Positions 1 through 10,800 of a stretch of DNA of 64,000 nt are shown here, piece after piece. Under the pieces are notes generated by a model, which saw nothing but the letters and a program-made list of their open reading frames with translations, made no database searches and was not told where the DNA came from. Source of the stretch: a virus. A program made the position numbers and the translations under genes. How positions within the stretch are numbered: position 1 is the stretch's first letter; every line of letters starts with the position of its first letter. The stretch lies in the IMG/VR virus record IMGVR_UViG_3300021373_002801, positions 12,581 through 76,580 of that record. The stretch is one strand, 5' to 3'.

Positions 1-260
1 TTGAAGAAGGTATCGATTTTCTAAGCGGTATAGATGAAAATCATGACAAACTTTATGATAATGTACGATATCCTCAATTTAAATGGGACAGTAGATCATT
101 AACATATTTTGTAGATCCTGTAGACGGACAGTTTATTCAAAGATTGTCACAGGCATATGTATATCCGGATGCAATAAGTAGTCCATCTTACAGCGACGGT
201 GACGATAATTCAGTTTTAACAGACCCAACAAGTTATAACCCAGACGGACAAGGATACTAA
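1..260 (+). CDS. 5'-truncated small virion-module protein, paralog of 47941..48315
   Basis: Frame from nt 3 reads EEGIDFLSGIDENHDKLYDNVRYPQFKWDSRSLTYFVDPVDGQFIQRLS...DGQGY, stop TAA 258-260. It aligns with EEGIDFLEGIDADHNIVYENLRYQQIKWDGRLLTYYIDPTDGQFIVRIS of the 124-aa ORF. Not in the ORF track. Confidence 0.9.
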   Translation, partial: EEGIDFLSGIDENHDKLYDNVRYPQFKWDSRSLTYFVDPVDGQFIQRLSQAYVYPDAISSPSYSDGDDNSVLTDPTSYNPDGQGY

Positions 261-262
261 TT

Positions 263-3200
263 ATGGCAGAGTTTTCAATTGATAGATTTAAGTATAACTG
301 GAAGGGTGATTGGACAGCTGGTGCAGACTATATAAGAGACGATGTTGTTAGAGTAAACGGTAAGTCTTATGTATGTATAGTAACACATACTGCAAGTGCT
401 GCTTTTAGAACAGATCAAGAAGCAACTGTTCCAGGATCAAGTCCACCAATTCCGCAACCTCGTTGGATTGTAATGACCAGCGGTAGATCTTTTGTAGGAA
501 ACTGGACTACTGCAACAGATTATAACACAGGTGATATTGTATTATTCCAAGGCTCGTTATATGTGTGTCAAGTAGCACATGCTTCTACAGATTTTCATAC
601 TGATGCTGAAAATGTTGATCAAAGTGTAAGTTCTACTACTGATAAATGGGTAATAATTGCAGTAGGTACAAAATATTTAATAGATTGGAGCAGTGGCACA
701 AGTTACGGATTGAACGCAATAGTAAAATATGGCGGCATAGCATACAAGAGTATCAAGGCGCATCTAAGCACAGATAATTTTGGTGATGATACGAAAAATT
801 GGGAGCAATTTTACAACGGGTACGAGTATAAAGGAGCTTGGGACACTACAACAGATTACAAAGTGAATGACCTTGTTAAGTACGGACCTTCTATTTTTAC
901 ATGTAATGAAGCACATACTTCAGGAGATACAGAATTAGACGACACAAAATTTTCAATTACATTTCCTGGAAGCCAATATGATAATGATTGGAATTCAACA
1001 ACACCTTATAACCAAGGGGATATTGTAAGATATGGCGGTAATCTCTACTATGCTGTAAATAACAACTTAGATAGTAATCCTGGTAAAGTTTTAGTAAGTG
1101 ATACTGAAGATAGCACGATTGATTGGATAGTATTAGCACACGGATATAATTTTAGAGGAACATGGGCCGGATATGACACAGGATATAAAACCGGTGATAT
1201 AGTACAACGTGGAGGACAACTGTTTATTGCTGTTAGAGATGTAAGTATAAGTGACGGTGATGGAAGTTCTTTAGATTACTTAGATGAAGAAGTTTGGACA
1301 AAACTTATGCCAGGCAAGATATTTGCTGGCCCTTGGAATCCTGGTATAATATATAGCGTAGGTGAAGTTGTAATTATTTACGGTGATAGCTATGTATGTA
1401 ACCAAGAACACCTATCAGCTGATAATAACTTTCCGGGCGATAACGGTAGTGGGTATGTTTATTGGGATTTATTGGTGCAAGCTGGCCAGCCAGGCGGATT
1501 ATTATATGCTGGAGACCTTTTAACATATGGAATAAGTAGGAATTTAGGTGTCGGTGCAGTGGGCGATGGATCAACTGTAGGTGATACTAGGTTAGCAATA
1601 GGTAAAACAGGCCAAGTTTTAAGTATAACAGACGAGTTGGAAGCCTATTGGAGGAATACAATAACTGATACAGACACTATATTTGTAGGAAGGCACGGAG
1701 TTGATACTACAGGATACGGAATTTCAAAAGAAAAGCCTTTTAGAACTGTTAGATATGCTGCACAGTATATAGAAGATAATTTTACACCACTAAAACCTAC
1801 AAAAATATCAGTGGCTACAGGTAGATTTGAAGAAGTAGGTCCTATAACTGTTCCTGCAGGTTGTGCCGTAGTAGGTGACGAACTCAGAGCTACTACTATT
1901 ATTGCATCTGGACCTAAAACAGCGTATTCAGGAACTTATATTACTGAACATTTTGCTGCAATCGACCATCTTACAACAATTATTTTTAATGTATTATCTG
2001 GAATTGCTGTAACACCGTTTGAAGGTAACACTGTGCAACAAAATTTAAAAACACCTCCAACAGATCTTGAGGCTGTAAACCTTTATGTTAATTTAATAGA
2101 TGATTATAAAAATTATATAAATTTTAGAATTGCATCTGGTGAAACTGATCCTGAAATTACAGGCAGTAACACACTTAACAGTGTAGAAAGAGTGAATGCT
2201 GGTACTGCAATTGAATTAAACAAAGATTTTTTAGCGGCAGAAGCGTATGCATTTTTGGTTGGTACTTATCCAGAAAATACATACGACGAAGTACAAGTAA
2301 AACAAGATATACTTTACTACTTACGTGGTACAAAAAGAGATGTACAATACGATGGCAATTACGCAATATGTTTTGCTGCTAGATATATAGCTAATAGTTT
2401 TACAGGATCACAAAATGACGATTTATTTTGGATGCGTGATACTACAGGATTAAGAAATTGTACAACTGATGGATTAACCGGAACGCTTAATCCTCCAGGA
2501 GTTTTTGCACAATATCAAAGACCAACAGGTGGTTCATTAGTTGCTCTAGATCCAGGATGGGGACCAGCAGACAATAGAACATGGATTGTAAACAGATCAC
2601 CATACTTACAAGGAGTTACAAATCTAGGAACAGCATGTGTAGGACAAAAAATTGACGGCGCATTGCACAATGGTGGCAATCGCTCAATGGTATCAAACGA
2701 TTTTACACAAGTGTTAAGTGATGGAATTGGTGCTTGGGTGTTAAATAACGCAAGAGCAGAGCTAGTTTCGGTATTTACATACTATTGTCAAGTAGGATAC
2801 TTAGCCGAAACAGGCGGAATTATACGTGCTACTAACGGAAATAATTCATATGGAACATTCGGCGCTGTGGCAGAAGGCAATAATCCAAATGAAGTACCAC
2901 AGTCTACAACAGTTAACAATCAACAAAACGAAGCTCAAGTAAAAAGTGCTATTGCTGGCGGAACTACAGATCAAATTTTAATATATGAATATACACACTG
3001 TGGCGAAGAATATAATACAGCTAGTTCAGACATTGTTGGTGCAGGCGCAGATGCTAAAGTTGAATTTTCAGACTTTAGAGATGGTGGACTATACGAAGCC
3101 AGGTTAATTAATACCACTGGATCTGGTAGTGAAGGCGGCTCTAATTATCTTATTAGACAAAATTCAGCACAGGTTACTATTCCAGCAACGGATAGTATAA

Positions 3201-5848
3201 TACTTAACACTAACGAAGAAACACAATTTGATACAGAAATCTTAGGAATGAGACTTCTTATTATTCAAGGCACAGGGGTTGGACAGTACGGGTATGTAGC
3301 AGCGTACGATACTAATACAAAAATTTGTACAGTCAGGAAAGAAAGCACAAACGAATTAGGATGGGATCATGTTATTCCTGGTTGGCCTATAGAAGCAAAC
3401 TTAGATAGTACAACTACTTACAGGATTGAACCAAGAGTAGCAACGACACACCCAGGTTTTTCAGCAACTTATGCAAATCTACCTCAATCAAGAGAAATTT
3501 TTGATAGTCAATTTGGCGATTTAACAGCATTTTATTTTGATATTGCCATACCAGACGGAAGTGCAGGAGTTCAAGATACTGTTGCAGTGCCGGCGGTATT
3601 TAATGTTACAAGAAACGGTGAAACATATGTTGCCAACATAACAAATCCTGGTGCAGGTTATGCTGTTGGTGATGTATTAACAGTAGCAGGTACAACCTTT
3701 GGCGGCACAACACCAGCAAACGATCTAATAATAACTGTTACAGAAACAACTCAAGATAGTTCGAATACAATAACAGATTTTACAGTAAGCGGTACAGCAA
3801 GATCGGGCAGATATGTTGCTATAGCCTCACCAAACTTTGCTATTTACAGTGATGACGGTGTAAGTTGGAACGAAAGTAATTTGTCTAGTGTTAAAACTTA
3901 TAGTAGACTAGTAGCTGGTAACAATAGATTTTTAGCATTAGCTAAAGGCGGAACAGGCTATAGCTTTAGTTATGATGGCCAAAACTGGGTTGACAGAACA
4001 TTACCAGCAAGTGCAGACTGGATAGCAGGAGTATACGGCACACCTCCAGGTGTTTCAGGTAGATTTGTTGTTATTGCAGAAAATAGTCAAACAGCAGCGT
4101 ACAGCACAGATGGTCTGAATTGGCAATCAACAACATTACCAGTAGGCGATGACAGTTCGGGAGATCAGTGGCAGGGTATTGCTTACGGACAAGATAGATA
4201 TGTGGTTATTACAGGTTCTCAAACAAAAGATGTTGCATACTCACAAGACGGTATAACTTGGTTTAGGTACGACAATGTCTTACCAGCAGGAGATTATACT
4301 TGGTTAAATTTAGTCTACGGTAATAATAGATTTTTAGCATTTGCTTCAAATGGAGAAGTGGCATATAGTGTAGATAGGGGAGCTACTTGGTACTTAGGTA
4401 CTCCAGCGCCATCATTAGATGGATCAACAACGATGGCCTGGCGTGATATAAAATATGGCCAAGGTGTATTCTTAGCAGTGTGCGACACTGGAGGTAAAGA
4501 ATTTGGAGACCCTACCGGAGCAACAGTAGGACCTACTACTTATTTGGCAACATCAGAAGATGGTATCAAATGGTATGAAAGAGAAGTACTTTGGCCGCAC
4601 TATTGGAAAACAGTTATGTTTAGCAGATTAGGAGATGAGCCTCATTTCTTAATGTTAGCCGATAATAACACAACAAACGCTGTTGCTAAAATAAAAACAG
4701 GAGCTCAAGCTAAAGTTAGAGCAGATATAACAGCAAGATCATTTACTGCTTTCAAGATATGGGATCCAGGCAGCGGATATACAGATAGCAATTTACCAGT
4801 GCTTACAATAACCGACACTGCATTTGTGACAGAAGTAGAGTATGAAAGTCGAATAGGTAATAAAGTTTTAGCACAACCTGACTTTGTTAATAGAGGTTCG
4901 GGATATAGAACTAGTACAAGTACAATTACTATTACAGGTGATGGTTATGCAGACATCGTTGAACAAGGAGCGTTCCTTGTACTAAAGGGTGTTGATCCTA
5001 CTCTACCTGGACCAGGAGTACAAATTAGAATTACAGGTATTTTAGACGAAACAACAGCAGATCCTGAAGACTTAAAGTTATTTGTAGGAGTTTCCGCAAC
5101 TGATTTAGGCGATGATGGTACAGGAAATAATACACGCAATGTAAGATTTCAAATAACACCAACATTAAAAAATGAATACAATCTTGCACACGGCACAACT
5201 GCTACATTGTCGCAAGAATATAGTCAGTGTAGAATTTCAGGACACGATTTCTTAGACATAGGTACAGGAAATTTCCTACAAACAAACTATCCTGAATTAT
5301 ATGCAGGTGGAGCATACTTTACAAGTGCTCCGGAAAATGAAGTTTTAGAAGTTTCAGGAGGTAGAGTGTTCTATGTATCAACTGACCAAGATGGTAACTT
5401 TAGAGCAGGTGAATTATTTGGAGTAAACCAAGCAACAGGTGTTGTAACTATCAGTGCTGAATTTTTTGATTTAGACGGTCTTAGTGAATTATCATTAGGT
5501 GGAGTTAGACTTGGTGGTACTGGTGCAGTAGTAAACGAATTTAGTACCGATCCAACTTTTAGTGCAGACAGTAATAATATTATTCCTACACAAAAAGCCA
5601 TTGCTACATTCTTAGCTGCACAGTTATCAGTTGGCGGTTCAGATTTAGAAACTAACAATATTGTTGCTGGTCAAGTTTCAGTAGGATCATCAGAAAATAT
5701 TATTACAATGACAGGCGGCAGTTATTTAAACATAAACAGGCCTGTGGTGTTAGCTGGTGCTGACAGCAATGGCAATGCATCAGCATTGCAAGGAACTATA
5801 TTAAGTCAAATGTTATTTTTAAGGAATTTCAATGACACAGTACAATAA
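263..5848 (+). CDS. Giant virion structural/tail-appendage protein (N-terminal W-x-G-x-W...Y...D-x-V repeats resembling CBM5/12, pectin-lyase-like beta-helix, Asp-box/BNR propeller-like region); paralog of 48326..54238
   Basis: 1861-aa ORF. Repeated WKGDW...Y..DDVV..GG..Y.C...H.S units; VPAGCAVVGDELRAT beta-helix start; S-x-D-G-x-x-W Asp-boxes. Colinear with the 1970-aa ORF. Confidence 0.8.
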   Translation: MAEFSIDRFKYNWKGDWTAGADYIRDDVVRVNGKSYVCIVTHTASAAFRTDQEATVPGSSPPIPQPRWIVMTSGRSFVGNWTTATDYNTGDIVLFQGSLYVCQVAHASTDFHTDAENVDQSVSSTTDKWVIIAVGTKYLIDWSSGTSYGLNAIVKYGGIAYKSIKAHLSTDNFGDDTKNWEQFYNGYEYKGAWDTTTDYKVNDLVKYGPSIFTCNEAHTSGDTELDDTKFSITFPGSQYDNDWNSTTPYNQGDIVRYGGNLYYAVNNNLDSNPGKVLVSDTEDSTIDWIVLAHGYNFRGTWAGYDTGYKTGDIVQRGGQLFIAVRDVSISDGDGSSLDYLDEEVWTKLMPGKIFAGPWNPGIIYSVGEVVIIYGDSYVCNQEHLSADNNFPGDNGSGYVYWDLLVQAGQPGGLLYAGDLLTYGISRNLGVGAVGDGSTVGDTRLAIGKTGQVLSITDELEAYWRNTITDTDTIFVGRHGVDTTGYGISKEKPFRTVRYAAQYIEDNFTPLKPTKISVATGRFEEVGPITVPAGCAVVGDELRATTIIASGPKTAYSGTYITEHFAAIDHLTTIIFNVLSGIAVTPFEGNTVQQNLKTPPTDLEAVNLYVNLIDDYKNYINFRIASGETDPEITGSNTLNSVERVNAGTAIELNKDFLAAEAYAFLVGTYPENTYDEVQVKQDILYYLRGTKRDVQYDGNYAICFAARYIANSFTGSQNDDLFWMRDTTGLRNCTTDGLTGTLNPPGVFAQYQRPTGGSLVALDPGWGPADNRTWIVNRSPYLQGVTNLGTACVGQKIDGALHNGGNRSMVSNDFTQVLSDGIGAWVLNNARAELVSVFTYYCQVGYLAETGGIIRATNGNNSYGTFGAVAEGNNPNEVPQSTTVNNQQNEAQVKSAIAGGTTDQILIYEYTHCGEEYNTASSDIVGAGADAKVEFSDFRDGGLYEARLINTTGSGSEGGSNYLIRQNSAQVTIPATDSIILNTNEETQFDTEILGMRLLIIQGTGVGQYGYVAAYDTNTKICTVRKESTNELGWDHVIPGWPIEANLDSTTTYRIEPRVATTHPGFSATYANLPQSREIFDSQFGDLTAFYFDIAIPDGSAGVQDTVAVPAVFNVTRNGETYVANITNPGAGYAVGDVLTVAGTTFGGTTPANDLIITVTETTQDSSNTITDFTVSGTARSGRYVAIASPNFAIYSDDGVSWNESNLSSVKTYSRLVAGNNRFLALAKGGTGYSFSYDGQNWVDRTLPASADWIAGVYGTPPGVSGRFVVIAENSQTAAYSTDGLNWQSTTLPVGDDSSGDQWQGIAYGQDRYVVITGSQTKDVAYSQDGITWFRYDNVLPAGDYTWLNLVYGNNRFLAFASNGEVAYSVDRGATWYLGTPAPSLDGSTTMAWRDIKYGQGVFLAVCDTGGKEFGDPTGATVGPTTYLATSEDGIKWYEREVLWPHYWKTVMFSRLGDEPHFLMLADNNTTNAVAKIKTGAQAKVRADITARSFTAFKIWDPGSGYTDSNLPVLTITDTAFVTEVEYESRIGNKVLAQPDFVNRGSGYRTSTSTITITGDGYADIVEQGAFLVLKGVDPTLPGPGVQIRITGILDETTADPEDLKLFVGVSATDLGDDGTGNNTRNVRFQITPTLKNEYNLAHGTTATLSQEYSQCRISGHDFLDIGTGNFLQTNYPELYAGGAYFTSAPENEVLEVSGGRVFYVSTDQDGNFRAGELFGVNQATGVVTISAEFFDLDGLSELSLGGVRLGGTGAVVNEFSTDPTFSADSNNIIPTQKAIATFLAAQLSVGGSDLETNNIVAGQVSVGSSENIITMTGGSYLNINRPVVLAGADSNGNASALQGTILSQMLFLRNFNDTVQ

Positions 5849-5856
5849 GATAAATA
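5849..5856 (+). promoter_or_regulatory. T4-type late promoter-like box GATAAATA
   Basis: Intergenic, upstream of 5875. The same box lies at the paralogous position 54260. Confidence 0.65.
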
Positions 5857-5874
5857 ACATAGCGGAGCAGATTA

Positions 5875-7866
5875 ATGGCAGAATTTAAACTAGGTAGAAT
5901 TAGATTTGTATGGAAAAATACTTGGACTACAACTACTCAATATTTTCAAGATGACGTAGTTGCCTACGGCGGAAAAATATATATTTGTGTTATAGGACAT
6001 ATTGCTTCTGCTGATTTCTTTACAGATTTTGATATTAGTCCTCCCAAATGGAATTTAGTAAGTGACGGCCAGGCTTGGAAAGGTGAATGGCAACCTCAAG
6101 TAGATTATATTGTTGATAATATTGTAAGGTACGGTGGAAGATTATACATTTGCCAAACTAAGCATACATCAGCAGCAGATTCAACAACCGGATTAGAAGC
6201 AGACATTGCTAATTGGCAAATTTATGCAGAAAGTGTTGACTGGAAAGGTGATTGGTCAACAAGTTTTGACTATAAAGCCAACGACTTAGTAAAATACGGA
6301 GGCACAACTTATGTTTGTAATCAAAATCATATTTCTTCATCTACAGTATCAGCAGGATTAGAAGCAGATCTAAGTAAATGGGATATTTTTAATCAAGGAT
6401 TTGATTATAAAGGAACATGGACTGCATCTGTAAGATATAAAGTTAATGACGTTGTAAAATTTGGTGCAAACACTTGGATTGCAACAGCATATCACACATC
6501 TTCAGCAGCATTTGCAACAGATAGTAGCAATTGGACAAAATTTGTAGAAGGTTTCCAATACGAAGCACGATGGAGCGGACCAGCTTCATATCAACCTGGC
6601 GATATTGTATCATACGGCGGTAACCAATATATTGCAAAAACAGAAAATAGTGGACAGCGACCACCTACAAACAGCAGTGACTGGGATTTATTTTCTGAAG
6701 GTATTAGATTTATTGGACAGTGGGGAGATGACAGTACAAACTTTGAATATGAAATTGGAGATGTAGTTAGACACGGTGGATACACATATAAGGCAGTACA
6801 AGATCATACAGGACAACAACCACCTAATACAACATACTGGCAACTTTTTAACACTGGTATAGATTGGCGAGGCGCCTGGCTAGACGACCAGGAATATTTC
6901 TTAGGTGATGTTGTACGATACGGTGATAACTCATATATTTGTGTTTTAGGACATATATCAGAAGGTGACGACTTTTCAACAGTTGGTGATGCACCAGGCG
7001 GGTTTGACGGCGGTAATGAAAATTCAAGACCAGATCTAGATGCAACAGGTACATATTGGAACTTATTCAGTATTGGTAGCGAACAAAGTGTTCTTACAAC
7101 AGCAGGTGATTTATTATACTACGGTGGAGCAGGACCAACTAGATTACCTATCGGAACCGACGGACAAATATTACAAGTAGGTGATACTGGATATCCGGAA
7201 TGGGCAACAATAAGTGATGCTGATGACGTCTATTACGTAGCAGAACATGGTTCAGACAAGCCAGCACCTGTGTATGGCAAAACAGTTGATCGTCCTTGGA
7301 GATCAATTAGATACGCCGCACAGCAAGTAGAAAGAGGAACAAAAGCTTCTTCGGCTTGTAGGTTATTAGAATTAAATAGAAGATTTATTCAAAGAGAAAT
7401 AGTTGAATGGACTGACTATCAAATTGCAAATGGCACATCACCGTTTACTACATCGTTTGTATACGATAGTGCAAAATGCGAAAGAGATATGGGATTAATT
7501 ATCGATGCATTTATTTGGGACTTGGCACACGGTGGTAATGTGAGATCTAGAGAAGCTGCATTGAAATATGTCAACGAACCAGGAAGTTTTTACGTATTAG
7601 GGCAAAAGGAAGAAACTGTGGCGGCAATAAATTACGGACTAACATTGATTGAAAAAGTGCTTGCACAAACAGCACCAGCAGTTAATTATCAAACTACAAA
7701 CGGAGACAATTCTACAGCAATAGTTGCACAGTATTTTGAATCTGCATTAGGAAGTGAAGATAATGTAGAATATGAAAGTACAGTGACTGGGGGCAGTTCG
7801 ATTGTCGCAGTAAGCTCCGGCGGCGGCGGTGGATCCGGCGGTGGTGGTGGCGGAGGAGGCTACTAA
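5875..7866 (+). CDS. Virion structural protein; N-terminal half of a split homolog of 54295..61395
   Basis: 663 aa. First 41 nt identical to 54295..54335. CBM-like W/Y repeats. Ends in a Gly-rich tail ...GGGY with a TAATG stop/start overlap. Confidence 0.85.
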   Translation: MAEFKLGRIRFVWKNTWTTTTQYFQDDVVAYGGKIYICVIGHIASADFFTDFDISPPKWNLVSDGQAWKGEWQPQVDYIVDNIVRYGGRLYICQTKHTSAADSTTGLEADIANWQIYAESVDWKGDWSTSFDYKANDLVKYGGTTYVCNQNHISSSTVSAGLEADLSKWDIFNQGFDYKGTWTASVRYKVNDVVKFGANTWIATAYHTSSAAFATDSSNWTKFVEGFQYEARWSGPASYQPGDIVSYGGNQYIAKTENSGQRPPTNSSDWDLFSEGIRFIGQWGDDSTNFEYEIGDVVRHGGYTYKAVQDHTGQQPPNTTYWQLFNTGIDWRGAWLDDQEYFLGDVVRYGDNSYICVLGHISEGDDFSTVGDAPGGFDGGNENSRPDLDATGTYWNLFSIGSEQSVLTTAGDLLYYGGAGPTRLPIGTDGQILQVGDTGYPEWATISDADDVYYVAEHGSDKPAPVYGKTVDRPWRSIRYAAQQVERGTKASSACRLLELNRRFIQREIVEWTDYQIANGTSPFTTSFVYDSAKCERDMGLIIDAFIWDLAHGGNVRSREAALKYVNEPGSFYVLGQKEETVAAINYGLTLIEKVLAQTAPAVNYQTTNGDNSTAIVAQYFESALGSEDNVEYESTVTGGSSIVAVSSGGGGGSGGGGGGGGY

Positions 7867-10800
7867 TGGCAACAATATTTGAAACAATTACAAGTTTAAA
7901 CAAAATTATCACAGACGCTGTTACAGCTGGTGTAGCAACCGATATTCCATCAAGGATAATAAGAAATACATTAATAAAAGTAAGTACAGGAAAATACTAC
8001 GAAGTACTTCCTATAATTGTGCCTGCAGAATGTTGTATCATTGGTGACGAATTACGTTCAACAAATGTACAACCTCGTAAAGCAAGTAATTCTAGTTTGA
8101 CACCTACAACAGATTTTAATTATACCTATCATAGTCTTTCTCGCATAGAAGCTGTTATAGGCGATATTGTAAGCGGTGTATCAGTGACTCCGACAACTGG
8201 TAACACTCGAACACAAGTCAGAAGCTGGCCGTATGCAGAAACAGAAGGACCTAAAAAAGCTGCAAAGCAACTTGCAAGAACAATTAGAAGAAGAGTAGAT
8301 ATTGGTTTAGCAGATAAGTTTGAAGCAAATTTAACACCTTCTTATGATATGGATGATCCTAATTACGGTTATGCAAGAGAAGCATTAAAATTAAATAAAA
8401 AGTTTTTACAAGAAGAAGTAATTGCATACATTAAAGCTAACTATCCAAATTTAAATTATAGCAGAACCAAATGTAAACAAGATACAGGTTTTGTAATTGA
8501 TGCGATAGGATATGATTTAACTTATGGTGGAAATTGGCAAACTGTTAGAGCCGGCGAAGCATATTACGAAGGAACTAATTTACAAATTAATTCAAGTGAA
8601 AAAACTGCAACTGTTGCAGCCTACGGATATCTAAAAAGTATAGCACAAAGTGTGAGTAGAAATACTCCAGTGACTCCTGTATTAAATACTGTGACAACAC
8701 AACTAACTCCTCCAAAAGTAGGATCTGTAGCAGCCGCAACTACTATTGCTGGGTTGTTTGATGACTTTATTAATATTGTTAATACTGGATCAGGAGCTGA
8801 AACTATTGTTTATCCTCCATTAACTAATGTAAGTCAATCATTACAAGATGCAAGTTTAACATTAGTTAACGCCAAAGCATCTGTACAAAAAACAACAATA
8901 GATTTTATTAACGGACATTTTGGAAATTTCCAATATAATAGTGCAAAGTGTCGTAGAGATTTAGATAATATTATCACAGATACATCTTATGATGTTGCAT
9001 TAGGCACAAATTATAATGCAGTATTTAATGGCAGAGCATACAATAGACCTAATAATAATTATAATTTACAAACACAAAGAATAGAAACAGTTGGTGCAAT
9101 TAGAAATGCAAGAGATGAGTTGAAAATTAGTGTTACTACTGACGGTTCATCAGCAGTAGGTTCAAGCAATGCAAGTACAAGAATACAAACAGCTTATGAT
9201 GAAATTGTTGACATGATAAACAATGGCCTTGATGCAGAAAATGCATTAAGTTTTCCAAGCCCTACTGGCGTAGATCAAAATAGAGTTGATGCAAAAGATA
9301 ATCTTATTGCAAACAGAACTTTTATACAAGAAGATACAGTAGCATATGTTAATAATACCTACGGATCATTAGTATACAATGAAGGCAAGTGTAAACGTGA
9401 TGTTGGTTACATTGTTGATGCTTTGTGTTATGATATATTATATGGCGGAACACAAGCCACTACAAGAATTGCAGAAAGTTATTTTGTTGACGGTAATACT
9501 CAAGTTTACGGTCAAGAAACAGAAACTGTTGCTGCATACAACCATGCAAAAAGTATTATCGGAGACATTGTAAAAGAAGTAAGTGTAACAGCTCAAAGCG
9601 GACATACAGAGCTTCAAACAACACCCGGTACTCCTGCAACTGCAACAGAAGAAACAGAACTGGATGCAAAAATTGATATTATTACTGCGGCAATCACTGC
9701 TGGTAATTTAAACAGTTTGCCTGCTCCTGTCTATCCTAGTATTACATGGGCAGATGCAGAATACGAAGTGGCACATTCAAATATTTTAAGCGATAAACAA
9801 GATGTAATTACAAGTACAATACAGTTTATTAATACAACTTATAATACAACATTTAATTATAATCAAGCTAAGTGTTCAAGAGATATCGGTTTGCTTATAG
9901 ATGCAGCACGATATGATTTTATGCTAGGAACAAATTTTGCTAGTATTAATGCTGGTTTAAGTTATTTGAGAGCTCCTAGCAAAAAAGTATTAGGATTACA
10001 AAAAGATGCGACACTAGCGGCTAACGAATATGTTCGTACACAATTAGTCGCAGCAGTAGCAGGAAATGCAACAGCAGTAGCCGGAATAAACGATGGATGG
10101 GATTGGATACAAGACATTATCTTTAGTGGTAGTAACGAAGGAAGCATAAACCAGACAACTGACATAGAGGCTTATAATGCCATAAGGCAATTAGAGCTAA
10201 ACAAAGAATTTATAGTAGATGAAGCACTAGCATTTGTAGATAACAAGTTTAAAGATACTGTACTAGGTATGGTAATGACCGAAGAGCTTGGACCTCCGGT
10301 TGTAGACGGACAATTTATTATCAGCGACACAAGTTGGATGTTTGAAGGCATGCCAATTAAATTTACAGCAGGAGATGACAGTTCTGATTCTGTAGAAAAT
10401 GCTAATTTAGTTGAAGATCAAACATACTACGTAAAGCATATTTATAGTTCTACAAACTTTAGTATAAGCGAAACACAGTACGGCACACTATACTCAACTA
10501 CAAATTGGGGTCAAGGATTCCAGGTTGAGAAAGTTTATAATTATAATCGTGCTTTATGTCAACGTGATGTAAGAGAACATATTGATGCAATCAAATGGGA
10601 TATGACTTGGCCACAAGAACAATTTAGGACTTATAATAAATTTGGCTTTGACGTATCACTTTACTTACCAGGCATGTATAGAACAAATCTTGGAGCAAGG
10701 TATTATGTTAATAGTGTAATCGGATCACAAGAAGAAGATTTCTATTACCTACGTAACGGAACTGGTTTGAGATTGCAAACATTGGAAGGCCTACAGGGAG

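Noticed and set aside
7860-7870. Sequencing frameshift or pseudogene at the 663/2060-aa junction
   Set aside because: About 30 extra codons, a strong RBS and a TAATG coupling indicate an evolved split rather than a single-base error.
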